DNA of 64,000 nucleotides from contig CAVWVI010000004.1 of NCBI GenBank assembly GCA_963758495.1, positions 1 through 64,000 of the forward strand, given 5' to 3'. Under the pieces are notes generated by a model, which saw nothing but the letters and a program-made list of their open reading frames with translations, made no database searches and had not been told where the DNA came from. Made by a program: the position numbers and the translations under genes. Below are positions 49,842 through 60,080 of the stretch, in pieces. The stretch's first letter is position 1, and the number at the start of each line of letters is the position of its first letter. This stretch comes from Oligoflexia bacterium. GTDB taxonomy: Bacteria > Bdellovibrionota > UBA1018.

Positions 49842-50993
49842 TCAATGTAAAAACAAGGAAGCCTTTGCGTAACCCATTGCTCCACCCATGAGGATGAGCC
49901 ACGCTGAGTTAGACTGAAATCGGAGAAGTCCAAAAAGGCTTACGCCCGCAATAGCGATTGTCGTGAAATCTACCAACGAAGATCTACCCAACTGCCAAGT
50001 AACCAGCACCATCAACGCTAAAGAAGTCACGATGACTCCATCCAGAAACGCACCAGCAACAATAGACTTTCTAAGACGCGGAATAAGTGAACCACTGATC
50101 GCAACCAAGATAAAGGCAGGTAAAAAAATGGCTACAGTCGCAACGATTGCGCCCGGAACTCCCTTTAATAAAAATCCGATAAAGGTAGCGGTCGTAAATA
50201 CTGGTCCTGGAGTAAACTGACCAACGGCTATGGCATCCAAAAGTTGTGCTTCAGTTAACCAGTGCCAGTGCTCCACGAGATCAGCTCTGAGAAAAGCCAA
50301 AAGAACGTAGCCACTACCAAATTGAAGCGCCCCTATCTTAAGAAAGAAAAGACCAATCCTACTTAAAGTGATTGGCACTTTCTCGACAACCGATGGCACA
50401 GCCAAGACCTGCTTCGAAGACAACAGGACATATGAAAGAGAAATGAATACCGTCGAAATGCTGCTCCAACCTTTGCGAGAGAGCAAGAGTCTCAAAACAG
50501 ACAAAAATCCAGCCCCCAATAGAAGCAATGGGATACTCACTCTATTTGCAGCTACAACTAAAGCGATTATACCAAGAATCGCCAGAAATTTTGTTCTTAC
50601 CGCCGTTTTAAGAAGGCCAATGACAGCCTGTAAAATGATGGTAATGATTACCGGCTTGATTCCGTAGAGAATCCCTGTCAGCGCTGGCAGGCTACTGAAC
50701 TTAACGTAAAACCATGCAATCGTCCCTACGATCAAGGCAGCAGGAGAAATAAAGCAAACTCCTCCTAAAATTAATCCGCGCCAACCTGCGTGTCGCTGTC
50801 CAATATAGATCGCCATCTCGCTCGAACTGGGTCCTGGGATAAGGCTAGCGGCTCCTAAAAGGTCTAAAAACTGTGATTGTGTCAGCCACTTGAGTCGACG
50901 GACAAACTCAGCCTCCATCATAGCGATATGAGCAGCAGGACCTCCAAATGCAGTGATCCCGAGTCGAAGAAATACTAAGATCAATTCTTTCAT
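49842..50993 (-). CDS. chrA: Chromate efflux transporter
   Basis: AFGGPAAHIAMM, IPGPSSSE, QFTPGPVFTTATFIG; two repeated halves. Confidence 0.92.
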   Translation of the reverse strand: MKELILVFLRLGITAFGGPAAHIAMMEAEFVRRLKWLTQSQFLDLLGAASLIPGPSSSEMAIYIGQRHAGWRGLILGGVCFISPAALIVGTIAWFYVKFSSLPALTGILYGIKPVIITIILQAVIGLLKTAVRTKFLAILGIIALVVAANRVSIPLLLLGAGFLSVLRLLLSRKGWSSISTVFISLSYVLLSSKQVLAVPSVVEKVPITLSRIGLFFLKIGALQFGSGYVLLAFLRADLVEHWHWLTEAQLLDAIAVGQFTPGPVFTTATFIGFLLKGVPGAIVATVAIFLPAFILVAISGSLIPRLRKSIVAGAFLDGVIVTSLALMVLVTWQLGRSSLVDFTTIAIAGVSLFGLLRFQSNSAWLILMGGAMGYAKASLFLH

Positions 50994-51240
50994 TTCTTTT
51001 TTACCCAGAGATAGTCAATTGACCAACTACCGCCCCCCCTCGATGATGAGAAAAATCAACCCCAGCAGCATAGAGAAGTCGGTGCGACCTTCATGAGCTG
51101 CAAACCAAAATCCCTTTTCAATTAGCTAAGGCTAGCACAGATCAAGCTCCCGCAAATTATTTCTACGACTCCGACAAACGGACCTGTATAGGCTGGAACT
51201 GGAACGCCGAATTTAATAAAGCGTCCAACCCCTTCGGTCG
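50990..51240 (-). pseudogene. DoxX-family membrane protein remnant
   Basis: Fragments GVGRFIKFGVP..GPFVGVVEIICG and GFWFAAHEGRTDFSMLLG. Confidence 0.6.
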
Positions 51241-51241
51241 A

Positions 51242-51924
51242 GTGATAGTTGTTCAGCCTTGTATTTCAGAGAAGCTAGATACGCCGACCGCAAGAACCGT
51301 GACCGCTTCCCAGACGGCCTCATTGCAAGAAGTAGAACGAGCCCTTCGTCAGGTAAGTGACTCCAAGGTGAAACTCTCGAATCCTGCATGGGTATCTCGA
51401 TATCGAGTACACCATCGCCTGGCTAAACAATACGGCGTCAATCGAGTCTTTTTAGCAGATGACGTGGCACATATTCATAGCCCGGCAGGAGGCCAGGGAA
51501 TGAACACGGGACTTCAAGACGCCGCAAACCTCGTTTGGAAATTAGTACTCGCGATACGAGGGCACGATCCACTGAAACTCCTTGCTACATACAATTCCGA
51601 ACGACGCCCCATCGGAGAGAACCTCTTGGCGTCAACGGATCGAATTTTTGGAATGGTGAGCTCACCGTCAAGATGGGGCTTAGTGGTTCGAAACGTGGTA
51701 TTCTTGGACGTCGTCTGTCCCAACATCATCCTAGAATGATTGACGCTATCTCGACGGAGATTTTTTACCGTTATGGATTGGACGACCCAAATGGAACAGG
51801 CCTATATCTGGTCCGACCCGATGGACATATTGCCTTTCAAACTTCAGGACTGAGAGTGAGCGAGTTTCAGAAATTCCTTGCCAGATTTTCTGCCGGGAAG
51901 ATGACAGGCAAGACTGCGGCTTGA
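51242..51924 (+). pseudogene. FAD-dependent monooxygenase C-terminal fragments
   Basis: AHIHSPAGGQGMNTGLQDAANL, YNSERRP, LVRPDGH; N-terminus missing. Confidence 0.8.
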
Positions 51925-51935
51925 AGCAGTCAGCA

Positions 51936-53402
51936 TCATTTCTTGAGTTTGCCCAGTTCGTAATTTCCTCGTGGCTTTTGCAACGTCTCTGCATAAACCC
52001 GCCAGAAAAGAGCCGCAACATACCCGCGCCACGGACTCATTTTTTCAATGACTTCGCTCGGATGTTTCTCTAGGGCTCTAGCCAATATCAAGTCGCTTGA
52101 CGGAAAGGTGTCCGTGTTACGCAAGGCTTTGAGGGCCATATACTGTGCGGTCCATGGCCCAATGCCTTTAATGGTCGATACCTTTTTTATGAATTCATCA
52201 ACATCTTGAGTCGGTTCCAATGAAATTCGGTCTTCGCTGACAGCTTTACAGAAATCAACGAGGGTTTGCTTCCGGGCACCCGTAGTCTTCAAGCTTGTTA
52301 AATCTGCTTCAATGATGGTCCTTGCCGAAGGAAAGAGCTTCACGGCTTTTCCGTCGACGACTAGGTTTGACTCTTGGCCTGCTATTTCGATCAGGTCGTG
52401 AACCAAAACACGACCACGGTCTACGCTGACAAGCTGGCCAAGGATGGCTGAAATAGCGATCTCGAACGAATCCCACCCAGAAGGGAGACGAACGCCTAGA
52501 TTTCGCTTGAGAAGCTTTTTGAGCTCAGCATCTGATTCAATTGCGTTTGCGACAACCACCGGATCTGAGTTTAGATCGAAGAGATTCCTCACCCGCATAA
52601 TGATCATATGAATGATGGACGTGTCGGGAAAGTCGATCTCGACAACTAGCGATGAATTTATCGGGTCATTGGAGATCGCAATCTGTCCGACCTTTCCGTT
52701 CATTGTTACCACTCGGTGCATCTTTCCATTTTCAAACCACTCCAGATTTCCCATGCGATGGCTTTCGTAGGACTTCATAAGCCCCTCGAAGTCAAACGGT
52801 GGCCGATAAGGCACAAGAATCTTTAATCCTTCACCAACAGCCAAGGCACTTTTATTACGACGGGTTTCGCTCGGGCTATTTTTGAAACGCTCTTTGAACG
52901 CGTCGTTGAATCTGCGAATAGAGGAAAAACCGGAAGCAAAAGCAATTTCTGTGATGGAAAGGGCGGTCTCATTGATGAGCTTTCTGGCAAGATTCAAACG
53001 ATTTTCAAAAGAGAGCTGTTTAGGAGTTTTTCCGATCTCCTCTACGAACAGACGCCTAAGATGCCTGGCTGTTACGCCAAACTGATCGGCAAAACGGTCT
53101 TCATTAAAGTCGATTGTGTCTTGTGAATTTAGGATTTTTATAGCTCTTTGAACAACCGCCGACTTCCCGACCCATGCGGGCGACTGTGGTGCACTTTCGG
53201 GGCGGCATCTCATGCATGGGCGATAGCCCGCCTTCTCGGCTTCAAGGTGGGACTGAAAAAACTCAACGTTTTCTCTCTTTGGTTTTGCAGGACATATTGG
53301 ACGACAGTAGATACCTGTAGTTTTAACGCCGACGAAAAACTTCCCGTCGAATCGATAGTCCCTTGCCAACATCGCCTGGAAATAAATGTCCTCGCGCTTC
53401 AT
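51936..53402 (-). CDS. alkA: Ada/AlkA DNA-3-methyladenine glycosylase with AraC HTH
   Basis: TTGIYCRPIC, GYRPCMRCRP, AraC HTH, ILGQLVS, GIGPWTA, PWRGY. Confidence 0.92.
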   Translation of the reverse strand: MKREDIYFQAMLARDYRFDGKFFVGVKTTGIYCRPICPAKPKRENVEFFQSHLEAEKAGYRPCMRCRPESAPQSPAWVGKSAVVQRAIKILNSQDTIDFNEDRFADQFGVTARHLRRLFVEEIGKTPKQLSFENRLNLARKLINETALSITEIAFASGFSSIRRFNDAFKERFKNSPSETRRNKSALAVGEGLKILVPYRPPFDFEGLMKSYESHRMGNLEWFENGKMHRVVTMNGKVGQIAISNDPINSSLVVEIDFPDTSIIHMIIMRVRNLFDLNSDPVVVANAIESDAELKKLLKRNLGVRLPSGWDSFEIAISAILGQLVSVDRGRVLVHDLIEIAGQESNLVVDGKAVKLFPSARTIIEADLTSLKTTGARKQTLVDFCKAVSEDRISLEPTQDVDEFIKKVSTIKGIGPWTAQYMALKALRNTDTFPSSDLILARALEKHPSEVIEKMSPWRGYVAALFWRVYAETLQKPRGNYELGKLKK

Positions 53403-53523
53403 AAAACCATTGTGACCTATGCTCTCAATTGATGCTAGCTGTTTTCGGACATGATCATTTCTTGGAGAAAACCCATATATTTCTTAGAAATAGAGAAATT
53501 ATAGAAGAACCGCTTATTAAGAG

Positions 53524-54222
53524 TTAGGCAGAGTAATGGTGCACGCGAACCTTCTCTTCCGTGACAAGAAAGCCTTGAAGTAGAGGGCGTACTTGATCTA
53601 AAAGTTGATGGACCCGTTCCTCTGTATCTACGATTTCCAGAATAACCGGTAAATCCGTCGACAGTCGAAGAAGCTTATCCTTATGAATGATACTGCTTGC
53701 TCCAAATCCAGAAATTCCACGTAGAATCGTACATCCCGCAATTCCGAGCGAATGCGCTCTTTCGAGAATCACAAAATGGAGGGGCTTATGCCCAATCTTG
53801 TCTGACTCTCCTACATAGATCCGCAATAAAATTTGATCTCCATCGAGAACTCTGTGTTCACGTTGCATTTGCTCTACATTCTGATGTGAATAATAATGAA
53901 CATAAACTGTCTCCTCAGTAACTAAAGATCCCTGAAGCATCGGCTTCACGACTTCAAGGTATTTTTGAATTCTTTCAGCCTCGTCTATACACTCAACCAA
54001 AATGGGGCGTTCTCCAGCTCCTTCCATGGCCATTTCGGTGTGGATAGAGCGACCGGCGCCATATCCTTCAAATGCTCGAAAGACCGTGCAACCCGCCAAA
54101 TCCGTTGCTCTCGCGTGGTCAATTAGGCTCTGATAAAGTGAATGATGATGATATTTATCAAAATCACCTATAAAGATTCGTAATAGTGAATGCACTCCAC
54201 TGTGAAGATTACGATGACTCAT
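53524..54222 (-). CDS. Tandem DUF190 (PII-like) protein
   Basis: Two LLRI.IG..D..AGCT..R...G.G repeats. Confidence 0.85.
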   Translation of the reverse strand: MSHRNLHSGVHSLLRIFIGDFDKYHHHSLYQSLIDHARATDLAGCTVFRAFEGYGAGRSIHTEMAMEGAGERPILVECIDEAERIQKYLEVVKPMLQGSLVTEETVYVHYYSHQNVEQMQREHRVLDGDQILLRIYVGESDKIGHKPLHFVILERAHSLGIAGCTILRGISGFGASSIIHKDKLLRLSTDLPVILEIVDTEERVHQLLDQVRPLLQGFLVTEEKVRVHHYSA

Positions 54223-54306
54223 GCTGTCCCTCCGCTAATGAGTCGCCTTATAAGATACATCTCGCAAAAGGTAGACCCAAAACCTAAAGGTGATTGATCT
54301 TTCAAT

Positions 54307-55443
54307 TCAGATCAGCACTTTCGAGAGCATTTTTACTAGTTCGCGGATGGGAATTTCGACGAGCATGAGTAACAACAAGGGAAAGACGATGAGTGTGACT
54401 AGGCCAAGGAAGCAACTACGGTTCATGAGAAAAGGAGTCATCTTCTCGACATTGCTATAGCTACTGTTCAGGTCACAATCAGTGCTGATATCCTGATTTC
54501 CAAGTGGGCTTGGGCCGGAGATAGCCGACACATTCGACCAGTGATTCTCGAAATCGAGTGCAAATCGCGACCCGAAGTGCCCATAACTCTTGAGACCCTT
54601 TTTTTTTGCGACTATCAGGGATGGGGTAAACGAGGACAAAGGGAGAAAATATACGAGGCAACTGATCACAAAATATGCACAAAGACTGGGTACGAATTCC
54701 GTAAGATGGTGCCCTTCTTGTAATACAAGCTTCGCCACATTAGCCGCGAGCACGATCGAAATTGCGGTTGCAACCAATCCGAAAGCCAGATGCTGCGAAA
54801 GTAAGAAGCCCAATCCACCTGCGCGATCCGGGTGATGACTCTGCGGCCTAATGCTGGATTTTGCAATGAGTAGAAGGAAATACGACCAGAGGATATATTT
54901 CCATATCCACCGTAGAAGAATAAAATTATAAGCTAGAAGACTTATCCAGCGATACCAGAATTGTTCGAGGGCGTTGACGGCCCTTAAGGGTGGCATGTAC
55001 TTTAGAATAGCCAAAGTCATACAAAAAATAACAACATCGGCGATCTTCGAGCGCACCAAGGTCCGGATTCGGACGACTGCACGCATGGCAAGAGCTGCAT
55101 TTTCGGATTGCACCAATCCTCGTTCGAGAAATTCGGGTATCAGTCCGCGCATGCTTTTTTCGATGGGCTCTTCCAAGATGATCAACATCACCATAGCCAG
55201 CAGGAATCTGAAGTGGATGGGAAAGTTCTGAATGACCGTGACTTGGAAATCATGCTTGCCACCGATGAGAGATAGGACCATGAGTGGTAGCCACGTTAGG
55301 GTAATCCAGAAAAGAACCCGACGAGGAAGTCGGTCTTTAAGCTTGGCTTGCTTCAGTAACTGATCCATCCTATCTCCAGAGAAAAGAGTGAGGGATGGCA
55401 GGACGGCAGGTGGGGTCGTATTGAACTCACGCTTCTGCTGCAT
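54307..55443 (-). CDS. Conserved hypothetical multi-pass membrane protein
   Basis: 378 aa, several TM helices, HPDRAGGLGFL motif. Confidence 0.75.
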   Translation of the reverse strand: MQQKREFNTTPPAVLPSLTLFSGDRMDQLLKQAKLKDRLPRRVLFWITLTWLPLMVLSLIGGKHDFQVTVIQNFPIHFRFLLAMVMLIILEEPIEKSMRGLIPEFLERGLVQSENAALAMRAVVRIRTLVRSKIADVVIFCMTLAILKYMPPLRAVNALEQFWYRWISLLAYNFILLRWIWKYILWSYFLLLIAKSSIRPQSHHPDRAGGLGFLLSQHLAFGLVATAISIVLAANVAKLVLQEGHHLTEFVPSLCAYFVISCLVYFLPLSSFTPSLIVAKKKGLKSYGHFGSRFALDFENHWSNVSAISGPSPLGNQDISTDCDLNSSYSNVEKMTPFLMNRSCFLGLVTLIVFPLLLLMLVEIPIRELVKMLSKVLI

Positions 55444-55606
55444 TGGGTCTCCTTTTGAGGAAGTAAACAGCTACTTGGTTTTTTTCGTGACTTAAGAAAG
55501 TGCAAAGTGCGAACCGGTAAATGATACTCAGCGGAGACTCCGAGTCCGTAATTTGCATCACTGAATCTCGGACAGTTAAAAAATAGGACGGAATCAGGAG
55601 GCAACG

Positions 55607-56134
55607 ATGAAACCAGCAGCGGTCGTCATCCCAAAACATGACGACAGCTTGGAAAAAGGGAAGTACGGCCCCATTTGGCGCAAAACTCCTGCTTGTTACG
55701 GATTTACTCTCATTGCGAACGTCAAAGTCGGAAAAGCTGATGTCATTCGTAGCTATGGAAACAAGCTAGCGAAGGCCCTAGAAACCGACCCTGAATTACT
55801 TGCTCCGCTCAAGCTCCACTACCTACGCTGGGTACTCTTCGACAACGACACTCGTTTTATGTACCAAGGAATTTTTGACACGAATTTCGATAAATACACC
55901 GAGGATGCGGTAGCTCTCTTCAAGAAGGCTGGCGTCGATACGGTCTTCGAAAATCTCGAAGACTTTCCAATGGACTGGAAGACGAACCCTGAGGCATTTA
56001 TCAAGTTTGTCCGAGACCACCACTGTCCGAGCTTCATCGAGTATGGTGAGTATCCCTATGTTTCTTCCGACGAGATCAAAAAAGCTCTCAAAATCAAGGA
56101 AGCCTTCTCCGTAATACTCGATCAACTGCAATGA
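55607..56134 (+). CDS. Hypothetical protein, first gene of the Dyp operon
   Basis: AGGAGG RBS; LHYLRWVLFD..FDTNFDKYTED. Confidence 0.75.
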   Translation: MKPAAVVIPKHDDSLEKGKYGPIWRKTPACYGFTLIANVKVGKADVIRSYGNKLAKALETDPELLAPLKLHYLRWVLFDNDTRFMYQGIFDTNFDKYTEDAVALFKKAGVDTVFENLEDFPMDWKTNPEAFIKFVRDHHCPSFIEYGEYPYVSSDEIKKALKIKEAFSVILDQLQ

Positions 56135-56158
56135 TGTCCTCGCGCCAAGGAGACAGTC

Positions 56159-57235
56159 ATGAAAGAACCTGCACGAACTTATAACCAAAATCACGTGCCG
56201 AGAAAATACATTCCCAATCAACGCCGAGTAAGTATCTACATTTCTTGGAGCTACCCCGCGGAAGCTAATCACGATGTGACCGAGATGGATAACCGTTTCT
56301 CAACCATGACCGAAGTGCGAAGGGTGCTCTGGCCAGAATATGAGTCCCCCCGGTTTGCGGATCCAATGATGTTTCAACAGGGAATCGCTGGATCTCTTGA
56401 GCTATTCTTCTGGGCTTGGGTGCGGTTTCAGGATGTCGTTAGAGAGACGACAGGATATCCAGTCCCTGTGTTTCAGCGAGTCGACCAGGCGGGTTTTCCT
56501 CTTCCTCTTGACGAGCGCGTGCTTGGTGATGCTGATACTCTCATGGTGTTTGGTTTGGACCATCGAGTTACAGAGCAGGAAGCGTCCTCGGAAGAGATCG
56601 AGGCTGTTCGAGAGTTTCTCAAACGAGAAGGGACCTGCTTAGTCATTGGCCCACATCACGATGTCGGAGCCTCTCCCGATCTGAAGGAGCGCGCCATTGA
56701 ATATGCCCACCATGGTGACGCATTAGTACCCCGTCAACAGCGATTCGGGCTCTACACACGCTCACTTATGAAGGGACTCGGAATTCCCGTCGAGAACCGA
56801 TACGGCCTTCGTCCAGCTTTGGCGTCTTCTGCCCCCAGCTCTCCCGGAACAAACCGAGTCGCTCCTCTGAATATTGCGAGAGACCTGGATACACGAGGTT
56901 GGCTTGATGGAGTCACGAACTTCAATTTTCACCCTCATCTCCCCCACTATGCAGTAACTCTATCAGACGTACAATCCATCCACGTTCTTGCCAAGCAGCC
57001 GATCAATTTGTCCAAACCGCATCCATTTACTTTGGCGGGAAACACTGAGTTCAACTCTCTAGTTTGGATATCACCCAAAGCCGACAGAGCTGGCGACGTG
57101 TTGGTAGCTGATTCCACGATCTTTAGCACCTTGTTCGGACAGGATGAGAGTCTGGAACGATTTTGGAAGAATATCGCGACAGCCCGAGAAGGAAGGAAAA
57201 GACATGGACTCCAAAGAGGCCATCGTGCAGCTTGA
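56159..57235 (+). CDS. Conserved hypothetical protein of the Dyp operon
   Basis: AAGGAG RBS; 358 aa; GPHHDVG, HHGD and NFHPHLPH His motifs. Confidence 0.75.
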   Translation: MKEPARTYNQNHVPRKYIPNQRRVSIYISWSYPAEANHDVTEMDNRFSTMTEVRRVLWPEYESPRFADPMMFQQGIAGSLELFFWAWVRFQDVVRETTGYPVPVFQRVDQAGFPLPLDERVLGDADTLMVFGLDHRVTEQEASSEEIEAVREFLKREGTCLVIGPHHDVGASPDLKERAIEYAHHGDALVPRQQRFGLYTRSLMKGLGIPVENRYGLRPALASSAPSSPGTNRVAPLNIARDLDTRGWLDGVTNFNFHPHLPHYAVTLSDVQSIHVLAKQPINLSKPHPFTLAGNTEFNSLVWISPKADRAGDVLVADSTIFSTLFGQDESLERFWKNIATAREGRKRHGLQRGHRAA

Positions 57236-58550
57236 ACTGGACGATATCCAGAGTGGAGTTTTACGTCCCCGTCCCAATCCATACGCTGCGACTTATATTC
57301 TTATTAGAATTGATGACCGCAAAGCGGGACAAGAACTCATGCGTCGCCTAAGTACGGTGGTGGCCTCGACGGCTCATACGACAAGCCCGGCTGGCGACAC
57401 TTGGCTCAGTGCCATGCTGACCTTTGAGGGGCTCAAAAGGCTTAAAGTACCACAAGCGTCGCTTGACAGCTTTTCCTGGGAATTTAGACAAGGAATGGCC
57501 AATCGGGCTGATGCTCTGGGAGACACAGGTGAAAGCAGTCCCGAGTATTGGGAAAAACCACTCGGGACTCCGGAAGTCCACGTAGTGCTTGTCGCCCTCG
57601 CGCCAGATTCCAAGCGTCTGGAATGGGCGATAGAGGGGGCACGCAAAGCGTTCAAAGAACTGCCGGGTGTTGTCCCTATTTGGCGCCAAGACTGTCATGC
57701 ACCACCTCATCAGCGGGAGCCTTTCGGATTTCGCGACGGCATCAGTCATCCCGCCATCGAAGGAAGCGGTATTCCCGGAAGCAATCCTCAAGAGAAGCCG
57801 CTCAAAGCAGGTGAATTCGTCTTGGGATATCCAGATGAGATGGGAGATTCTCCTCCCATACCGCAACCAGATAGACTGGGGCGAAACGGAACCTATGTCG
57901 CTTTTCGTAAATTGCATCAGCGAGTGGCCGCATTTCGTCAGTATTTAAAAGAGAATTCTTCGAACTCAGACGAGGAAGAATGGATAGCAGCCAAGATGAT
58001 GGGACGTTGGCGAAGTGGCGCACCCTTGGCTCTTTGCCCGTTCCACGACGATGACGATGACGAATCCGACTTGGGAGCCGATCCACGACGCAACAACGAC
58101 TTTCTCTATCAACAAGACACGACAGGATACCAAACCCCGTTAGGGTCTCACATTCGAAGAGCAAATCCACGAGACTCATCGGTGGCAGGTGTAGTGAGAC
58201 TGCATCGAATGATCCGTCGTGGCACGGCTTACGGTCCGCCTCTTCCCGAAGGTACGTTGGAAGACGATGGCGCTGATCGTGGACTCATGTTCGCCTTTGT
58301 CGGCGCCCATCTAGGAAGGCAATTTGAATTCGTACAGTCGGAATGGGTCAACAGCGGGGAATTTCTTGGGCTTGGAGACGTAAAAGATCCTGTCGCCGGT
58401 GCACAGGAAAGAGAGGGAACCTTTTCAATTCCGAGTCGGCCAATACCAAAGCGTTTACGAGGGTTGAGTCGATTCGTGATCACCCGGGGCGGTGACTATT
58501 GTTTCATGCCAGGATTACATGCCTTGCGCTGGCTTTCAGAGCTCAAATGA
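57204..58550 (+). CDS. Dyp-type peroxidase
   Basis: FGFRDGISHP, NGTYVAFRKL, SHIRRANPR, MIRRG, QFEFVQ. Confidence 0.92.
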   Translation: MDSKEAIVQLELDDIQSGVLRPRPNPYAATYILIRIDDRKAGQELMRRLSTVVASTAHTTSPAGDTWLSAMLTFEGLKRLKVPQASLDSFSWEFRQGMANRADALGDTGESSPEYWEKPLGTPEVHVVLVALAPDSKRLEWAIEGARKAFKELPGVVPIWRQDCHAPPHQREPFGFRDGISHPAIEGSGIPGSNPQEKPLKAGEFVLGYPDEMGDSPPIPQPDRLGRNGTYVAFRKLHQRVAAFRQYLKENSSNSDEEEWIAAKMMGRWRSGAPLALCPFHDDDDDESDLGADPRRNNDFLYQQDTTGYQTPLGSHIRRANPRDSSVAGVVRLHRMIRRGTAYGPPLPEGTLEDDGADRGLMFAFVGAHLGRQFEFVQSEWVNSGEFLGLGDVKDPVAGAQEREGTFSIPSRPIPKRLRGLSRFVITRGGDYCFMPGLHALRWLSELK

Positions 58551-58596
58551 TCGAGATGATTCATACTGTCCCTCCGTACTTCAAGAGAGCTAAACC

Positions 58597-59043
58597 TCAA
58601 AGCTCAATCGAAAACCATTTTTGAAGGGTTGCTGGGCCCAATTGATCGTAAACATAGGATGAGAAACGACTCAACTCTTCTTCAAATTGTTCCATTGGAA
58701 TGGCAATTAGATCTTCGTCATCCGTTGGGTAGTGATGACGGAACTTGCCGAAATAGGTCTGACAAAAATCAGAATAATCCGGAGTAAATAGTATGAATGT
58801 ATGCCACATGTGATCGATGTTCACCATTTCTTCGTGGATTGCACATTTGAATTTGAGCGATTCATCTTCAGGCCTAATTTTGACATCGAGAGAATGCTTC
58901 TCTCCGAGCCACAAAAACTTCAACATTTCGGTAAATAAGTCCTGAGCTTGTTCAGCTTTCTCTGGAAAGTCTTTTTTAAAACGTCGAACGATCTTCGGGT
59001 TTTGGTAGGCTAGTATTTCCGTAAGCGTTGGGCATTTTGACAT
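58597..59043 (-). CDS. Stand-alone GRDP/DUF1399-like domain protein
   Basis: EMLKFLWL..IDHMWHTFILFTPDYSDFC..FRHHYP. Confidence 0.7.
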   Translation of the reverse strand: MSKCPTLTEILAYQNPKIVRRFKKDFPEKAEQAQDLFTEMLKFLWLGEKHSLDVKIRPEDESLKFKCAIHEEMVNIDHMWHTFILFTPDYSDFCQTYFGKFRHHYPTDDEDLIAIPMEQFEEELSRFSSYVYDQLGPATLQKWFSIEL

Positions 59044-59067
59044 AATATATTTAATATGAATAAATAG

Positions 59068-59099
59068 CCCCAGGGCTGCCTTTCGACTCAGCCCTGGGG
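59068..59099 (-). terminator. 11-bp GC stem-loop between the small peptide gene and the GRDP-like gene
   Basis: CCCCAGGGCTG-10nt-CAGCCCTGGGG followed on the minus strand by CTATTTATT. Confidence 0.7.
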
Positions 59100-59106
59100 A
59101 GAAATA

Positions 59107-59193
59107 CTAATAACAATAAAAATAGCAATAAAGAGCCTTCTCTGTTTGAAGGCGTTTCTTTTCTAAGATTTTAGTAATGAGTGCTGACTTCAT
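59107..59193 (-). CDS. 28-aa peptide MKSALITKILEKKRLQTEKALYCYFYCY (candidate RiPP precursor)
   Basis: GAGGAGG RBS at 59198-59204, ATG 59193, TAG 59107; below the ORF-track size cutoff. Confidence 0.65.
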   Translation of the reverse strand: MKSALITKILEKKRLQTEKALYCYFYCY

Positions 59194-59319
59194 GTATCCT
59201 CCTCAATTTCTAAGTCCATTAATTTTTAACTCCGTTTGATGCGAGATGGATGCATGAGTAATGCCGAAGTGAGTTAAGCTGCCTAGTAAGACTCCAGTGC
59301 CATTTTCCTAGGGTCCTCA

Positions 59320-59928
59320 TCAAGCCTTTGTGGCAACAACTGCGACCACTGCAACGGGCTTCATCATCTTCCTTTCAATTTGGATATTCTTAAGTCCAGC
59401 TTGGCGCAATGATTCCGCAATTTCGTTGCCTTTTGCAAACGCATCCTCATCGGTTGCACCAGGATATCTTGGCAGATAGGCAGTCACAACCTCTCCGCCT
59501 GATTTCAATAAGCTACGCAGTCTCCCAAAAATCGAACCTGGGCTCTCCCAAAACTGAACAACATTCACGGAGTATATTTTGTCAAATAGGCCGAGGGTGT
59601 TGTCTAGTTCGCCTGCCGACCCTAAAAAAAGCTTCAGTTTCTCTTTTCTAATTAACTCTTTGTTACGACGGGTAGCCTGATTGAGCATGACTATTGAATG
59701 ATCAATTCCAACAACTTCAGCGGCGATTTTAGCGGCCTTTCCTATAGCGATGCCAGGTCCAAACCCAATTTCTAGAATTCGATCTGTCGGCTTGATTTTA
59801 AGAAGTGAGAGAGTCCAATCGCTTCGTTCGATATTAGATCGACGAGTGGCCATGATATGGCCAATTAACCTACCCAATATGCCATACGGCTTTTCAAATT
59901 GACCACTCACGTGATGGAAAATATTCAT
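59320..59928 (-). CDS. Class I SAM-dependent methyltransferase
   Basis: ILEIGFGPG, GIDHS, FDKIYSVN. Confidence 0.88.
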   Translation of the reverse strand: MNIFHHVSGQFEKPYGILGRLIGHIMATRRSNIERSDWTLSLLKIKPTDRILEIGFGPGIAIGKAAKIAAEVVGIDHSIVMLNQATRRNKELIRKEKLKLFLGSAGELDNTLGLFDKIYSVNVVQFWESPGSIFGRLRSLLKSGGEVVTAYLPRYPGATDEDAFAKGNEIAESLRQAGLKNIQIERKMMKPVAVVAVVATKA

Positions 59929-60080
59929 AGACTCTCACCTCATGCAAAATCGGCGTAGTGTGCTTCCATCGATTTCAAAGTCATCCGACTCATGCTCCCT
60001 TGTTTTTCTTTTTATTTTTGCTTAATCCTTAAGTGAGTTCTTTCTATTCCACCATTCAGAAATAATAAGGAATGTAGCTC

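Larger units (their letters stand above)
20360..52000. mobile_element. Decayed genomic island downstream of tRNA-His (boundaries approximate)
   Basis: Abrupt switch from intact housekeeping genes to IS elements, an intron, TA modules, recombinase fragments and pseudogenes. No attR copy or intact integrase seen. Confidence 0.65.

Noticed and set aside
54223..54306. Fluoride riboswitch upstream of DUF190
   Set aside because: The consensus elements were not recognisable and there is no crcB.
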